From an uncultured Oleiphilaceae bacterium (GTDB lineage: Bacteria > Pseudomonadota > Gammaproteobacteria > Pseudomonadales > Oleiphilaceae): a stretch of 64,000 nucleotides of DNA. Location: positions 43,839 to 107,838 of the forward strand of contig CAJXUY010000018.1 of the NCBI GenBank assembly GCA_913060665.1. The letters run 5' to 3'. Below are positions 40,380 through 49,372 of this stretch, piece by piece. Below the pieces are notes generated by a model. It searched no databases, was not told the DNA's origin, and was given only the letters and a program-made list of their open reading frames with translations. The first letter of the stretch is position 1; the number at the start of each line of letters is the position of its first letter. The position numbers were made by a program, and so were the translations under genes.

Positions 40380-40600
40380 TGGCCAGAATCGTAGCAATTT
40401 GATAACCTCCCCCCCCCCAGCGGCCGCTGACGATCCATAAGGTTACTGTGTTCCGCAGATATATGGTTTAACAACTCTCTGATTCGACCGAGCTTTGGCA
40501 ATGCCTCATGACGAAAATGGTGTTCAAGGTCAAAGTGGTCATCCTCTTTCCATGGTAACTACCTAGCCGCTTGGTCAGCAGGGGTGAGAGCTTTCATGTC
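40380..40600 (-). pseudogene. Relic of a wax-ester synthase/diacylglycerol acyltransferase (WS/DGAT, AtfA-like) gene
   Basis: The reverse-strand translation LPWKEDDHFDLEHHFRHEALPKLGRIRELLNHISAEHSNLMDRQRPL closely parallels the AtfA segment WDEDEEFDLDHHFRHIALPHPGRIRELLIYISQEHSTLLDRAKPLW. A TAG lies immediately upstream. Homology ends at a G10 (C10 on +) tract. The N-terminal and C-terminal remainder (about 400 aa) are missing. Confidence 0.65.
40409..40418. repeat. Homopolymeric C10 tract
   Basis: Direct read: ...gataacctCCCCCCCCCCag... It lies at the 3' boundary of the WS/DGAT relic, 40 bp after the kinase stop codon. Confidence 0.9.
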
Positions 40601-40798
40601 TACTACTTCATTTTTTGTTTATTGTTAATCCTGATTGAGTTGTATCTGCGGGCTTCCTAAATGGCAAAGTGTATAATGTAATGGATTCCCGCCCGCACGG
40701 AAAGGGCAGTATCGGCCGTTGAGGTGTTAACTAAAAGTACTTCGGAGTTCACACTAAAGATTACCGTTGCTAACCGCACGTTCTTATTGAGGTAAGTT

Positions 40799-41455
40799 AT
40801 GACTGTCAGTGTTCAAGATAGTTTTGGTTCATCAGGTCATTCGTATGACTTTGTTGTAGATGCTTTGGTAGAGAAAGGGTATATCATTGTTGATGACTTT
40901 TTATCGGCCGAGCTAACGCAAGCATTGCGATATGAAGTCAATGATCTTAATCGAAGGGGTATTAATAGAGCGGGTGTGGGAAGAGGCGGAGAGTTGCAGG
41001 TTAATAATGATATTCGTTCCGATAAAACTCATTGGCTTGATGGTCAAACCGATGCCCAACGACGCCTTTTGGCCCAGTGCGATGCATTAAGAGATGAGGT
41101 GAACCGCCACCTTTTTATGGGGCTTCATGATTATGAAGCCCACTTTGCGGTTTATGAGCCGGGCAGTTTCTACCAGAAACACCTTGATGCTTTTAAAGGG
41201 CGTTCAAACAGGGTGCTGACTAATGTTATTTATCTGAACAATCAATGGCAAGATGATTGGGGGGGGGAACTAGCAGTATATGACGAAGCAGATAAATTAA
41301 TTGAGCGTGTTTTACCTAAGGGAGGACGAGCTATCTTTTTTTTGAGCGAACGCTTCCCTCATGAGGTGCTTAAAACAACAAAGCAACGTTTGAGTATTGC
41401 TGGTTGGTACCGAATTAATAGTAATACGGGCAGTTATGTGGACCCTGCTCGATAA
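40799..41455 (+). CDS. 2OG-Fe(II) oxygenase (prolyl-hydroxylase-like)
   Basis: HFAVYEPGSFYQKHLDAF ... WGGELAVYD ... FPHEVL shows the HxD...H facial triad layout. Contains a G9 run at 41259-41267. Confidence 0.8.
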   Translation: MTVSVQDSFGSSGHSYDFVVDALVEKGYIIVDDFLSAELTQALRYEVNDLNRRGINRAGVGRGGELQVNNDIRSDKTHWLDGQTDAQRRLLAQCDALRDEVNRHLFMGLHDYEAHFAVYEPGSFYQKHLDAFKGRSNRVLTNVIYLNNQWQDDWGGELAVYDEADKLIERVLPKGGRAIFFLSERFPHEVLKTTKQRLSIAGWYRINSNTGSYVDPAR

Positions 41456-41492
41456 TCGACCTTGGTCAATAACACCCATGTGCAAAAATAAA

Positions 41493-42104
41493 ATGACTGC
41501 TAACTATCCTGTTCCATCTGCACCCTGTGAAGTGAGTTACGAAATCAAAAAGAGCCGCTTTATTGCGTTTGCTACATTTGCGGATACCCGAGAGATCGCA
41601 ATGCAGCAGTTGACCGAAATTAAGCAAAAGTACCCCGATGCGCGCCACCACTGTTGGGCTTATCAATTTGGTAACCCCGCATCTGCGATTAGTGCAGCCA
41701 TGTCTGATGATGGCGAGCCGAGTGGTACAGCAGGTAAGCCGATACTGAATGTGCTACAGCATAAAAATGTCGGTGATGTGATGATTATTGTGACGCGTTA
41801 TTTTGGGGGCGTTAAATTGGGCGCGGGCGGCTTGGTTCGAGCCTATTCAGCCGCTGCTCAAATGGCTATGGAGGCACTTAAAACAGAGCAACAGGTCGTG
41901 CGTGAACGGCTTGAACTCAGTTGTGGGTTTGGCGAAGAACAGGCGGTGAGGCATTGGCTTAGTCTACATGACGGAGTCGTTGAGAACATTGAATATGAAG
42001 ATCAAGTGTTGATGACTATTGCGGTGCCAAGCCTCCAATGCCAGCCATTTAATGAGTATGTGGCAGGTATTGGAGGCATTATGAAACCTGAGCACCATAA
42101 CTAA
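41493..42104 (+). CDS. yigZ: IMPACT/YigZ family protein
   Basis: EIKKSRFIAFA...HHCWAYQFG...DDGEPSGTAGKPIL...VTRYFGGVKLGAGGLVRAY. I prefer the ATG at 41493 (or 41478); the track start at 41397 overlaps the upstream gene. Confidence 0.85.
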   Translation: MTANYPVPSAPCEVSYEIKKSRFIAFATFADTREIAMQQLTEIKQKYPDARHHCWAYQFGNPASAISAAMSDDGEPSGTAGKPILNVLQHKNVGDVMIIVTRYFGGVKLGAGGLVRAYSAAAQMAMEALKTEQQVVRERLELSCGFGEEQAVRHWLSLHDGVVENIEYEDQVLMTIAVPSLQCQPFNEYVAGIGGIMKPEHHN

Positions 42105-42131
42105 TGAACCCACCATTTTTGATACAGGTGT

Positions 42132-42380
42132 TTACGGTTTCCAAAACGGCTTGCTTGCTTCATTAATTGCATCTCCTCTGCTTACGCCAATGTCTTTTAA
42201 TTGATCAGCACTTAGTTGTGCTAGTGCGCGACGTTGATGTGACCTTTCTTTTGAAACTTGAACGAATTGTATTGTTGCAGTCAGGTATTTACGAAGTTGA
42301 GAAACGATATGTGCCTTTATTTCATTTGTTGTCGGTTTTTTAAACTTAGAAAGTGATGGGCTATCAGATAATAACTGCAT
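42132..42380 (-). CDS. DUF1127 domain-containing protein
   Basis: RRALAQLSADQLKDIGVSRGDA is the DUF1127 signature. Confidence 0.75.
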   Translation of the reverse strand: MQLLSDSPSLSKFKKPTTNEIKAHIVSQLRKYLTATIQFVQVSKERSHQRRALAQLSADQLKDIGVSRGDAINEASKPFWKP

Positions 42381-42533
42381 GCTTAATTCCTCTTGGTGTT
42401 TGCGGGATATGGTTATTTAAGGCGCAAGAGGGTTTTCAATCCAATCGTTTGTTTGGATGTCTGTCATTTGATATTCCGATGGCACTTTCTGCCGGTATAG
42501 GGTTCAATAAAGCTATTGCATAGGAGTGCTGGT

Positions 42534-43445
42534 ATGGAATTGAATCAACTTAAAACCTTTATCACGGTAGCCGAAGAACAGCATTTAACCAGAGCTGCTG
42601 AACGTTTGTTTACCAGTCAGCCGGCCGTAAGTGCGCAGCTTAAAGCTCTTGAAGAGTCATTGGACGTAGTATTGTTTGATCGAACCCCTAAAGGCATGAA
42701 ACTAACGCCAGCAGGCGAAAAACTGTTGATTCAAGCGCAGGCAGCTTTAGATGCGGCTAATCTAGTTGTTTCAAAAGCGAAGGCGATGAAGGGTGAGGTA
42801 ATGGGAGAATTATCGGTTGGTGTTAATTCCGATTTGGCCTTTTTGAAAATCCCAGAGCTTTTAGTTGATGCTTCAACAGCTTATCCTAGCATTCAGTTAT
42901 CATTTATTAATAGTATGTCGCCGGATATTTTACGGGATATCCGCAAAGGTAAGCTTGATACGGGGTTCTTCTTCGGGTCATCAACGACTAACGACCTGCA
43001 TGTCGTTAAGGTGGCGGATATAAAAACGGCTATAGTGGCGCCGATTGCGTGGCAAGAGCGGATTCATCAGGCTTCAGTCGAAGAATTGGGCGCGATGCCC
43101 TGGATCTATACGACGGAGCGTTGCCCTTTCTATCATCTGACTGAGGCGATGTTTGGCGAAGCGGGTATTGTGCCTAGTAAAGCGGTGTTTGTAGACAACG
43201 AAGAATCTATTCGGCAGCTCGTTAAGTCAGGGTTGGGAATATCATTACTCCGAATGGATGATGCCGAACAAGCCGAAGCAGAAGGCTGGGGCACTCGTTG
43301 GAATGGGGTACCACCTTCCATCGCACTAAGTGTGGCAGTGCAAACTCGTCGTGTTCAAGAACCTATTTTGCAAGCGTGGGTTGATGAGCTGTCTAAGTTT
43401 TGGACTATAGACGAGAGTGATTTACCACGCCAATTGGTTTCTTAG
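42534..43445 (+). CDS. LysR family transcriptional regulator
   Basis: AGGAG RBS. MELNQLKTFITVAEEQHLTRAAERLFTSQPAVSAQLKALEE is an HTH_1 motif, followed by a LysR substrate-binding domain. Confidence 0.9.
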   Translation: MELNQLKTFITVAEEQHLTRAAERLFTSQPAVSAQLKALEESLDVVLFDRTPKGMKLTPAGEKLLIQAQAALDAANLVVSKAKAMKGEVMGELSVGVNSDLAFLKIPELLVDASTAYPSIQLSFINSMSPDILRDIRKGKLDTGFFFGSSTTNDLHVVKVADIKTAIVAPIAWQERIHQASVEELGAMPWIYTTERCPFYHLTEAMFGEAGIVPSKAVFVDNEESIRQLVKSGLGISLLRMDDAEQAEAEGWGTRWNGVPPSIALSVAVQTRRVQEPILQAWVDELSKFWTIDESDLPRQLVS

Positions 43446-43581
43446 TTTACTCAGTCTATAGACCATTAACATAGCACCCCAAAGATAATGATCATTAATA
43501 CTAGCTGGGCTGCAGCAGGGTAGAAAGCGGTAGCCATTAATAGAGCCAGGAGGTTCAATGTATTACTGTTCGATCGAGTTC

Positions 43582-43779
43582 TTAACGCTTTCGCAGTTCT
43601 GTTACCACTTCACCGCCTATCCCCCAGTTATCGGTATCAACTTCGTCGATCACTACTACAGTTGTAGCAGGGTTTTTGTTTAAGGTTTTTTGCAATAACT
43701 CGGTGACACCACGAATAAGCTCAGCTTTTTGCTCCTTAGTTGCACCTTCACGGGTTATCTTAATATTAACGTATGGCAT
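43582..43779 (-). CDS. 4-oxalocrotonate tautomerase family protein
   Basis: 65 aa. MPYVNIKITREGATKEQKAELIRGVTELL has the catalytic Pro after the initiator Met. Confidence 0.85.
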   Translation of the reverse strand: MPYVNIKITREGATKEQKAELIRGVTELLQKTLNKNPATTVVVIDEVDTDNWGIGGEVVTELRKR

Positions 43780-43818
43780 ATAACTCTCCTTGTATTCACT
43801 CCGATGTTTGAATGATTC

Positions 43819-45009
43819 TTATGATGGCTGCTGGGTTTGGCTTTCTCGGCGTTCGACTACTCTCAATGACAATACCAGAAAGGTTCCAATAACCATGAAA
43901 ATTCCTGCCATGATAAGGCCATCGCTATAACTGCCGCCCAATTCGGCTATTTGTCCGGTGATGGCGGGGGCAACGATTTGGGCGACTCCGTAGCTGATGG
44001 TCATTTTCCCCATCATCTTAGAGGGAGCACTGGGGTAAAGTCTGCCCGCCATGGTAAGTACTAAGCTGACAATGCCGATAAACGTTCCCCCAAACAGAAT
44101 AGCACTCAGGTAGGCGGCTGTTGAGCCGCTATTAAACACCGGTAAAACGATGCCAATGGTATGAATCATAAAGGCCAGGGCCAGCGCATTTAAATCCCCG
44201 GTTTTTCGTGCGATGAGGTCCCATATAATACAGGCCGGAGCAGCGGCTAATCCCAACACCATAAATACGAGTGTGCCTTCATCGGTGAGCGGGTTTTGCT
44301 GATCAACAATAGCGACAATAAACGTTGCACTAATAACATAACCGACACCTGCGCATAAATAGGCCGCAATAAACAATCTTAAATAGGCTTTAGAGGGCGG
44401 GTTATCGACTAGTGCCTCACCACTTTTCATTAGGTGACTATTTTCAGGCTTCGGCAACCAGAACCAAGCGGGGATCGCCATCAGAACACCTAAAGCCGAT
44501 AGCGCCAACCACTGTTCTCGCCAGTTAGATCCGGGCGTCATGACACTGACAATATAAGAACAAAAGGCGATACCTAGCCCTGCTCCCGCGAAGTGAATAC
44601 CCAGCTCACTGCGGTAATGGTGTCGAATAAGCCAGTTGAGTATTAGCCCAGAGCCCAGCAGAAGCCCCGCCGCACTGCTCAAACCAGCAAAGTAACGCAT
44701 CAGGCTCCAGAGCCAAAAGTCGGTGGTGAGCGCCATCCCCAAGGTGCTGACGATGGCGACAACAATGCCGATTCGGTAAAGGCGATCTTTTAGCATCATG
44801 TTGCTGATGGATGCCGCAATGAGTACGCCAGTGAAGTAGCCCATGTAGTTGATACTGGCTAACCAGCCGCCTTCGGAGATACCTAGCGAGGCTTGTTGTT
44901 GCATGAGGGGTAGCAAGGGCGTGTAAGCAAACCGAGCGACGCCTAACATCAGAATAAGACTAACGACGCCGGCGGTTAGTACCTTGATTCGTTCAATTGA
45001 AGATGTCAT
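43819..45009 (-). CDS. YbfB/YjiJ family MFS transporter
   Basis: 396 aa, about 12 TM helices. GVARFAYTPLLPLMQQQASLGISEGGWLASINYMGY is typical of DUF1228/YbfB. Confidence 0.8.
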   Translation of the reverse strand: MTSSIERIKVLTAGVVSLILMLGVARFAYTPLLPLMQQQASLGISEGGWLASINYMGYFTGVLIAASISNMMLKDRLYRIGIVVAIVSTLGMALTTDFWLWSLMRYFAGLSSAAGLLLGSGLILNWLIRHHYRSELGIHFAGAGLGIAFCSYIVSVMTPGSNWREQWLALSALGVLMAIPAWFWLPKPENSHLMKSGEALVDNPPSKAYLRLFIAAYLCAGVGYVISATFIVAIVDQQNPLTDEGTLVFMVLGLAAAPACIIWDLIARKTGDLNALALAFMIHTIGIVLPVFNSGSTAAYLSAILFGGTFIGIVSLVLTMAGRLYPSAPSKMMGKMTISYGVAQIVAPAITGQIAELGGSYSDGLIMAGIFMVIGTFLVLSLRVVERRESQTQQPS

Positions 45010-45196
45010 AGCGATTTCTCACAAAACTGAAGCTATGACAGTATAGGGCTAACGCCCATTATACCAATTGTTATTTACCAAATCATGATACCTCGTGATC
45101 GTTTCGTTATAATTATGTGAAATCTCTGGGATGTTTGTTTCGTATTCTCTTATTCGTTGTTGAAACACTGATAAAGCTATAAAAACAAACGAAGGA

Positions 45197-45916
45197 ATGA
45201 ATATGAAAACGAAATCAGTTATCACGCTATCTGCCTTACCTCTAATATTTGCGTCACATATAGCAACTGCTCAAATGGTTGATGTTGAGATCACTAACCT
45301 TACTCAGGGTATGTACTTTACGCCACTGTTGGTGAGCGCTCATGACTCAACGACTCATCTATTTGAAGCCGGGGAAGCTGCGACGCCAGAACTTCAGGCG
45401 ATGGCAGAAGGTGGCGATATTTCGGGCCTTGTGTCGGCAACAGCGGCAATAGGTGCGGTTAACTCCGAAAATCCAGCAAGCGGCCTTTTAGCACCTTCCT
45501 CTTCCACTCAGGTAAGTGATCTAGATACCTTAACTAATACGCACCTTTCAGTAACCGCGATGCTATTGCCGACCAATGACGCATTTGTCGGTCTGAATGC
45601 GTGGGAGATTCCCCTGCAGGCAGGTACTTATACGGTTTATCTAAATGCCTATGACGCAGGCACAGAAGCTAATGATGAAGTGGTAAACGGTGGCGGGGCT
45701 TCAGGTGTATTGGGTATACCTGTGAACCCAGGTGGCAATGGTGGCAATGGTGGCAACGGTGCGACAGGGGTTACCACTACTGAGACCAATCAAACAGTTC
45801 ATATTCATCGCGGGAATGTCGGTGATACTGATTTGTCGGGTGGGGTGAGTGATGTTGATAGTCGCATCCATCGCTGGCTCAACCCCGTTGCGAAAGTTGT
45901 CGTAACCGTTAAATAG
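45197..45916 (+). CDS. Secreted spondin_N-like domain protein
   Basis: Signal peptide ...ASHIATAQ. The pattern ITNLTQGMYFTPLLVSAHD...LQAMAEGGD...MLLPTNDAFVGL...YDAGTEANDE is as in bacterial spondin-domain proteins. Contains a GGNGGNGGNG repeat. Confidence 0.65.
   Translation: MNMKTKSVITLSALPLIFASHIATAQMVDVEITNLTQGMYFTPLLVSAHDSTTHLFEAGEAATPELQAMAEGGDISGLVSATAAIGAVNSENPASGLLAPSSSTQVSDLDTLTNTHLSVTAMLLPTNDAFVGLNAWEIPLQAGTYTVYLNAYDAGTEANDEVVNGGGASGVLGIPVNPGGNGGNGGNGATGVTTTETNQTVHIHRGNVGDTDLSGGVSDVDSRIHRWLNPVAKVVVTVK
45731..45757 (+). repeat. Tandem 9-bp coding repeat (GGTGGCAAY x3)
   Basis: Direct read: ggtggcaat ggtggcaat ggtggcaac, encoding GGNGGNGGN. Confidence 0.9.
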
Positions 45917-45930
45917 AGGAGCGTAGCTTG

Positions 45931-46620
45931 ATGAAGATGAAATATTTAATTCGTATGGGGCTTTCCGCGCTGGTTTTAGGGGGCATAGTGGGTTGTTCAG
46001 ATAACGACACTGTGACTCAAAATTATGAAGTAACCATGACTAATTTAAGTAATAGCCAACCGCTGTCCCCGATGGCGATAGTACTACATTCACAGAGTTA
46101 TAATGGTTGGACTATTGGTGAACCGGCCGGTGACGGTCTAGAACAACTTGCTGAAGGGGGAGACAACAGCCAGTTTTTATCCGATGCGGCAGCCGTCGGA
46201 ATCATCTCGACACAATCTGGGGATGGTGTCTTGTCTCCAGGGGGCTCCCAAAGCATTGATGTAGCGGTTAACGCGTTGAGTGATCTTCAGCTAACGGTTG
46301 CCACGATGTTAGTTAATACCAATGATGCATTTTCAGGTAAAAGGGGGGTTGATTTAAATGCATTAGCATTGGGCGAACAGGTAATGATGACGTTACCTGT
46401 TTATGATGCGGGAACAGAAGGCAATAATGAATTAGCAGGCACGATTCCAGGCCCTGCTGATGGTGGTGAAGGCTTCAATGTGGCCAGAGATGACGTGAAT
46501 GTCGTCTCAAGGCACCCAGGAGTTGTTAGCAATATTGATGGCTATACTGATTCGGTTCTGGATGAGTCCCATCGGTTTGATGCGCCTGTTGCTCAATTAG
46601 TCATTAGAAGAGTTAATTAG
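45931..46620 (+). CDS. Spondin_N-like lipoprotein (paralogue of the upstream gene)
   Basis: Lipobox LGGIVGCS. MTNLSNSQPLSPMAIVLHS...LEQLAEGGD...MLVNTNDAFSG...YDAGTEGNNE aligns block by block with 45197-45916. Confidence 0.65.
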   Translation: MKMKYLIRMGLSALVLGGIVGCSDNDTVTQNYEVTMTNLSNSQPLSPMAIVLHSQSYNGWTIGEPAGDGLEQLAEGGDNSQFLSDAAAVGIISTQSGDGVLSPGGSQSIDVAVNALSDLQLTVATMLVNTNDAFSGKRGVDLNALALGEQVMMTLPVYDAGTEGNNELAGTIPGPADGGEGFNVARDDVNVVSRHPGVVSNIDGYTDSVLDESHRFDAPVAQLVIRRVN

Positions 46621-46644
46621 TTTACGCTGTGAAACTTACGGCCA

Positions 46645-46662
46645 TTCCCGCGAAGGCGGGAA
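46645..46662 (+). terminator. GC-rich hairpin after the spondin-like pair
   Basis: TTCCCGC-GAAG-GCGGGAA forms a 7-bp stem with a GAAG tetraloop. There is no T-tract. Confidence 0.4.
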
Positions 46663-46766
46663 CTCAGCCATCTAACCCTATTTACTGTACCAATTTCTAA
46701 TCCCGCGTTATGCTTATTCTTCGCACCTCCATTGTGCTCCAATACACATCATAAGGTCTTGTATTA

Positions 46767-47489
46767 ATGAAACGCAGAATTCTGGTAATAGAAGATGATC
46801 AGGATATTAATAAACTGGTCTCCATGAACTTGCGAGATATGAACTACGAAGTTGAAAGTTGTGATGTTGGGCCGCGCGGCCTGCAAATGGCTATGGCCGG
46901 TAACTTTGATCTTATTGTGCTAGATGTGATGTTGCCCGAAATGGACGGACTTGAAATTTGCATGCGACTGCGATCTGCTCAGCAGCTTATGCCAATACTG
47001 ATGCTGACCGCTAAAGACTCTGAGGCGGATCGGGTGGTGGGGCTCGAAATGGGGGCAGATGATTATATTACTAAACCGTTTAGTGTGAGGGAGCTTCAGG
47101 CAAGAGTGAAGGCGATGCTAAGGCGCGTAGAAATGCTCACGAAAAAGCCCGTTGATGCAGAACCCGAGTCATTGTGTTTTGGTCCGTTAGAAATAGGTAT
47201 CGCCAAACGACAGATCATGATTGACCAGCAGCTGGTTGATCTTACCAGTACCGAATTTGATTTATTGCTCTATATGGCAAGACAGCCGGGTTTGGTATTT
47301 AGTCGCAGTCAGTTACTAGACAAGGTTTGGGGCTATCATCATAGTGGATACGAACATACCGTTAATTCACATATAAACCGGCTTCGCACAAAACTTGAGA
47401 AAGATCCGTCTAATCCTGAGTATGTATTAACGGTGTGGGGGGTGGGATATAAGTTTGCAGACACCAACCACTCAGTTGGCAATATTTGA
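46767..47489 (+). CDS. OmpR/PhoB-family response regulator
   Basis: REC (ILVIEDDQDI...LIVLDVMLPEMDG...TKPF) plus a winged-helix Trans_reg_C domain (LTSTEFDLLLYMARQPG...VWGVGYKF). Confidence 0.92.
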   Translation: MKRRILVIEDDQDINKLVSMNLRDMNYEVESCDVGPRGLQMAMAGNFDLIVLDVMLPEMDGLEICMRLRSAQQLMPILMLTAKDSEADRVVGLEMGADDYITKPFSVRELQARVKAMLRRVEMLTKKPVDAEPESLCFGPLEIGIAKRQIMIDQQLVDLTSTEFDLLLYMARQPGLVFSRSQLLDKVWGYHHSGYEHTVNSHINRLRTKLEKDPSNPEYVLTVWGVGYKFADTNHSVGNI

Positions 47490-49027
47490 TGAGCGGTGGA
47501 GCAGGCAATTATATGACGGGGTGGATTAATTCGTTTTACAGTAAATTGGTGTTGGGTTTGTTGGTCAGTTTTTTACTGATTGGCTTATTGCTGATGTTTT
47601 TGGTTCAGCAGTTGACGGCTCGTTATCAAAACGAAGTGGAGCAAAAACTCCACCTCGAATTAGCTGCTCATGTGGTCGGTGACGATAGCCTATTGAAGGA
47701 TGGCGAAATTGATCAGGCGGCATTAGAGCATGCGTTTCACTCGATGATGATTTTAGGGCCCAGCTTCGAATTTTATGTACTCACACCTGAAGGCACTGTG
47801 ACCACTTACTCGGCTGATGATGACAAAATAAAGCGCATGGCCGTTGATCTGGAACCCATTAAACAGTTCTTGTCAGGTAGTGAGGTGTTACCTATTGTGG
47901 GCGATGATCCACGGTCACTTTTCCGTCAAAAAATATTTTCTGTGGCAGAGATTAAGCAAAACGACCGACTTAAAGGTTATCTCTACATCATCATCGGTGG
48001 TGAAATTTATGATAGTACTGTGGACTTACTGCAAAGTAGCCATATTATTAAACTGAGTTTTTGGGGGCTGTTTGCTGCCTTGCTGTTTAGCTTGATCGTG
48101 GTGTTATTGTTATTTGCCATGCTTACGAGACCCTTGCGTCGGCTAACTATGGATATGAAAAAATTCCACTCGGAAGGGTTTGATAAAGGAGAATTACCGG
48201 TTTCTGAATGGGATGAACGTTCCTCGGATGAGGTTCAGCGTTTGGGGGCTACCTTTAATGCGATGGCCAGCACATTAAAACAGCAGTATGAAAAGGTGCG
48301 CACGACAGACGAGTTAAGACGTGAGTTAATATCTTATGTATCTCATGATCTTCGTACCCCGTTAGCTGCGTTACAAGGGTATCTTGAAACCTGGCAGCTA
48401 AAGCAAAGTAGCCTTTCAAGCTCGGAGAGTACAGAGCTAATTCAGGTCGCGGCCAATAATGCTCAACAGGTTAGTCGGTTGGTCGAACAATTGTTTGAGT
48501 TGGCTCATTTGGACGCAGACAATATTCAATTAACCATGGAACCTGTGTCCATCGCAGAATTGGCACAAGATGTTTTGCAAAAGCTGCAACTAGAGGCAGA
48601 AAGCCGCGGTATTCGTTTAGATGTAAACCCAAAAGACCCTTCAATGATAGCGATCGCGAATATTGAAAAGCTGGAACGGGCGTTGACTAATCTGGTGGAC
48701 AATGCCATAAGGCATTGTGGCGATGGTGATTCAGTAAACATCGATATATCGAGGTCTAGCCAGGCGTTAAAAATACAGGTGAGTGATACGGGGGCAGGCA
48801 TTGCTTCAGAAGATCTTCCATATATATTCGATGCACACTATCGAGGACAAAACACCAAGATTCAACAAAACAGGGGGGCGGGTAACTCTAAACGTGAACG
48901 GGCAAATAGCGGGTTAGGATTAGCCATTACACGTCGCATAGTTGAACTGCATGGCAGCCACATTAGCGTTGAAAGTGAGCAGGGAAAAGGCACTTCATTT
49001 TCTTTTTCATTAAATGACTTAAAATAG
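47489..49027 (+). CDS. Sensor histidine kinase (TM - periplasmic - TM - HAMP - HisKA - HATPase)
   Basis: The ATG at 47489 overlaps the regulator's TGA. H-box SYVSHDLRTPLAAL, N box NLVDNAIRH, G boxes DTGAGI and GLGLAI. Confidence 0.9.
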   Translation: MSGGAGNYMTGWINSFYSKLVLGLLVSFLLIGLLLMFLVQQLTARYQNEVEQKLHLELAAHVVGDDSLLKDGEIDQAALEHAFHSMMILGPSFEFYVLTPEGTVTTYSADDDKIKRMAVDLEPIKQFLSGSEVLPIVGDDPRSLFRQKIFSVAEIKQNDRLKGYLYIIIGGEIYDSTVDLLQSSHIIKLSFWGLFAALLFSLIVVLLLFAMLTRPLRRLTMDMKKFHSEGFDKGELPVSEWDERSSDEVQRLGATFNAMASTLKQQYEKVRTTDELRRELISYVSHDLRTPLAALQGYLETWQLKQSSLSSSESTELIQVAANNAQQVSRLVEQLFELAHLDADNIQLTMEPVSIAELAQDVLQKLQLEAESRGIRLDVNPKDPSMIAIANIEKLERALTNLVDNAIRHCGDGDSVNIDISRSSQALKIQVSDTGAGIASEDLPYIFDAHYRGQNTKIQQNRGAGNSKRERANSGLGLAITRRIVELHGSHISVESEQGKGTSFSFSLNDLK

Positions 49028-49372
49028 TACGAACGCAATAAAAATAATAATGAACTCTCAGAGTCTGTTACTTATTATGCTCAAAGCAAGTGAGTGATGA
49101 TGTGATTACTAAACTGAATGTGGGTCTTAGTGATGAGGCCGGGCAGTGATGTAATGACCGAATGGATCATTGTTTTTTCGCGGGGCACCTCTGGTTGCAG
49201 CCAATACCACGGGGGCGGCTGCGCTGCTGCCAGGTTATATCACCAGTGCTTGGCGTTTGAGAGGTGATATTAATACCCTAACGGACTGGGGTTATTGTTG
49301 GTTGTCAGATACTTATCGATATCCAATGATAGGTTTCGGTAAGTATGAGGCAACCGATTAGTTCTCTAAATA

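Noticed and set aside
40259-40501. 80-aa minus-strand track ORF
   Set aside because: It is a composite. The upstream part belongs to the WS/DGAT relic. The downstream part runs antisense into the 3' end of the kinase gene after the homopolymer. It is not a genuine gene.
40683-40712. GGATTCCCGCCCGCACGGAAAGGGC as a second copy of the ATTCCCGC...GCGGGAA hairpin seen at 46645-46662 (REP-like family)
   Set aside because: Only the ATTCCCGC half is shared, and the second arm is absent. Two partial copies are not enough to call a repeat family.
43486-43497. Perfect 12-bp palindrome TAATGATCATTA (Fur-like core)
   Set aside because: It lies between the 3' ends of two convergent genes (lysR-type and tautomerase), with no downstream gene to regulate. 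It is AT-rich, so it would also be a poor terminator stem.
43558-43683. 41-codon + strand ORF preceded by a canonical AGGAGG (43548-43553)
   Set aside because: It is almost entirely antisense to the well-supported tautomerase gene, and its Cys/Tyr/Phe-rich product has no recognisable features. The SD-like sequence is probably coincidental.
49170-49361. 63-aa TTG-initiated ORF in the kinase-selO spacer
   Set aside because: No RBS and no recognisable motif. It may be a remnant of something, but I cannot assign it.
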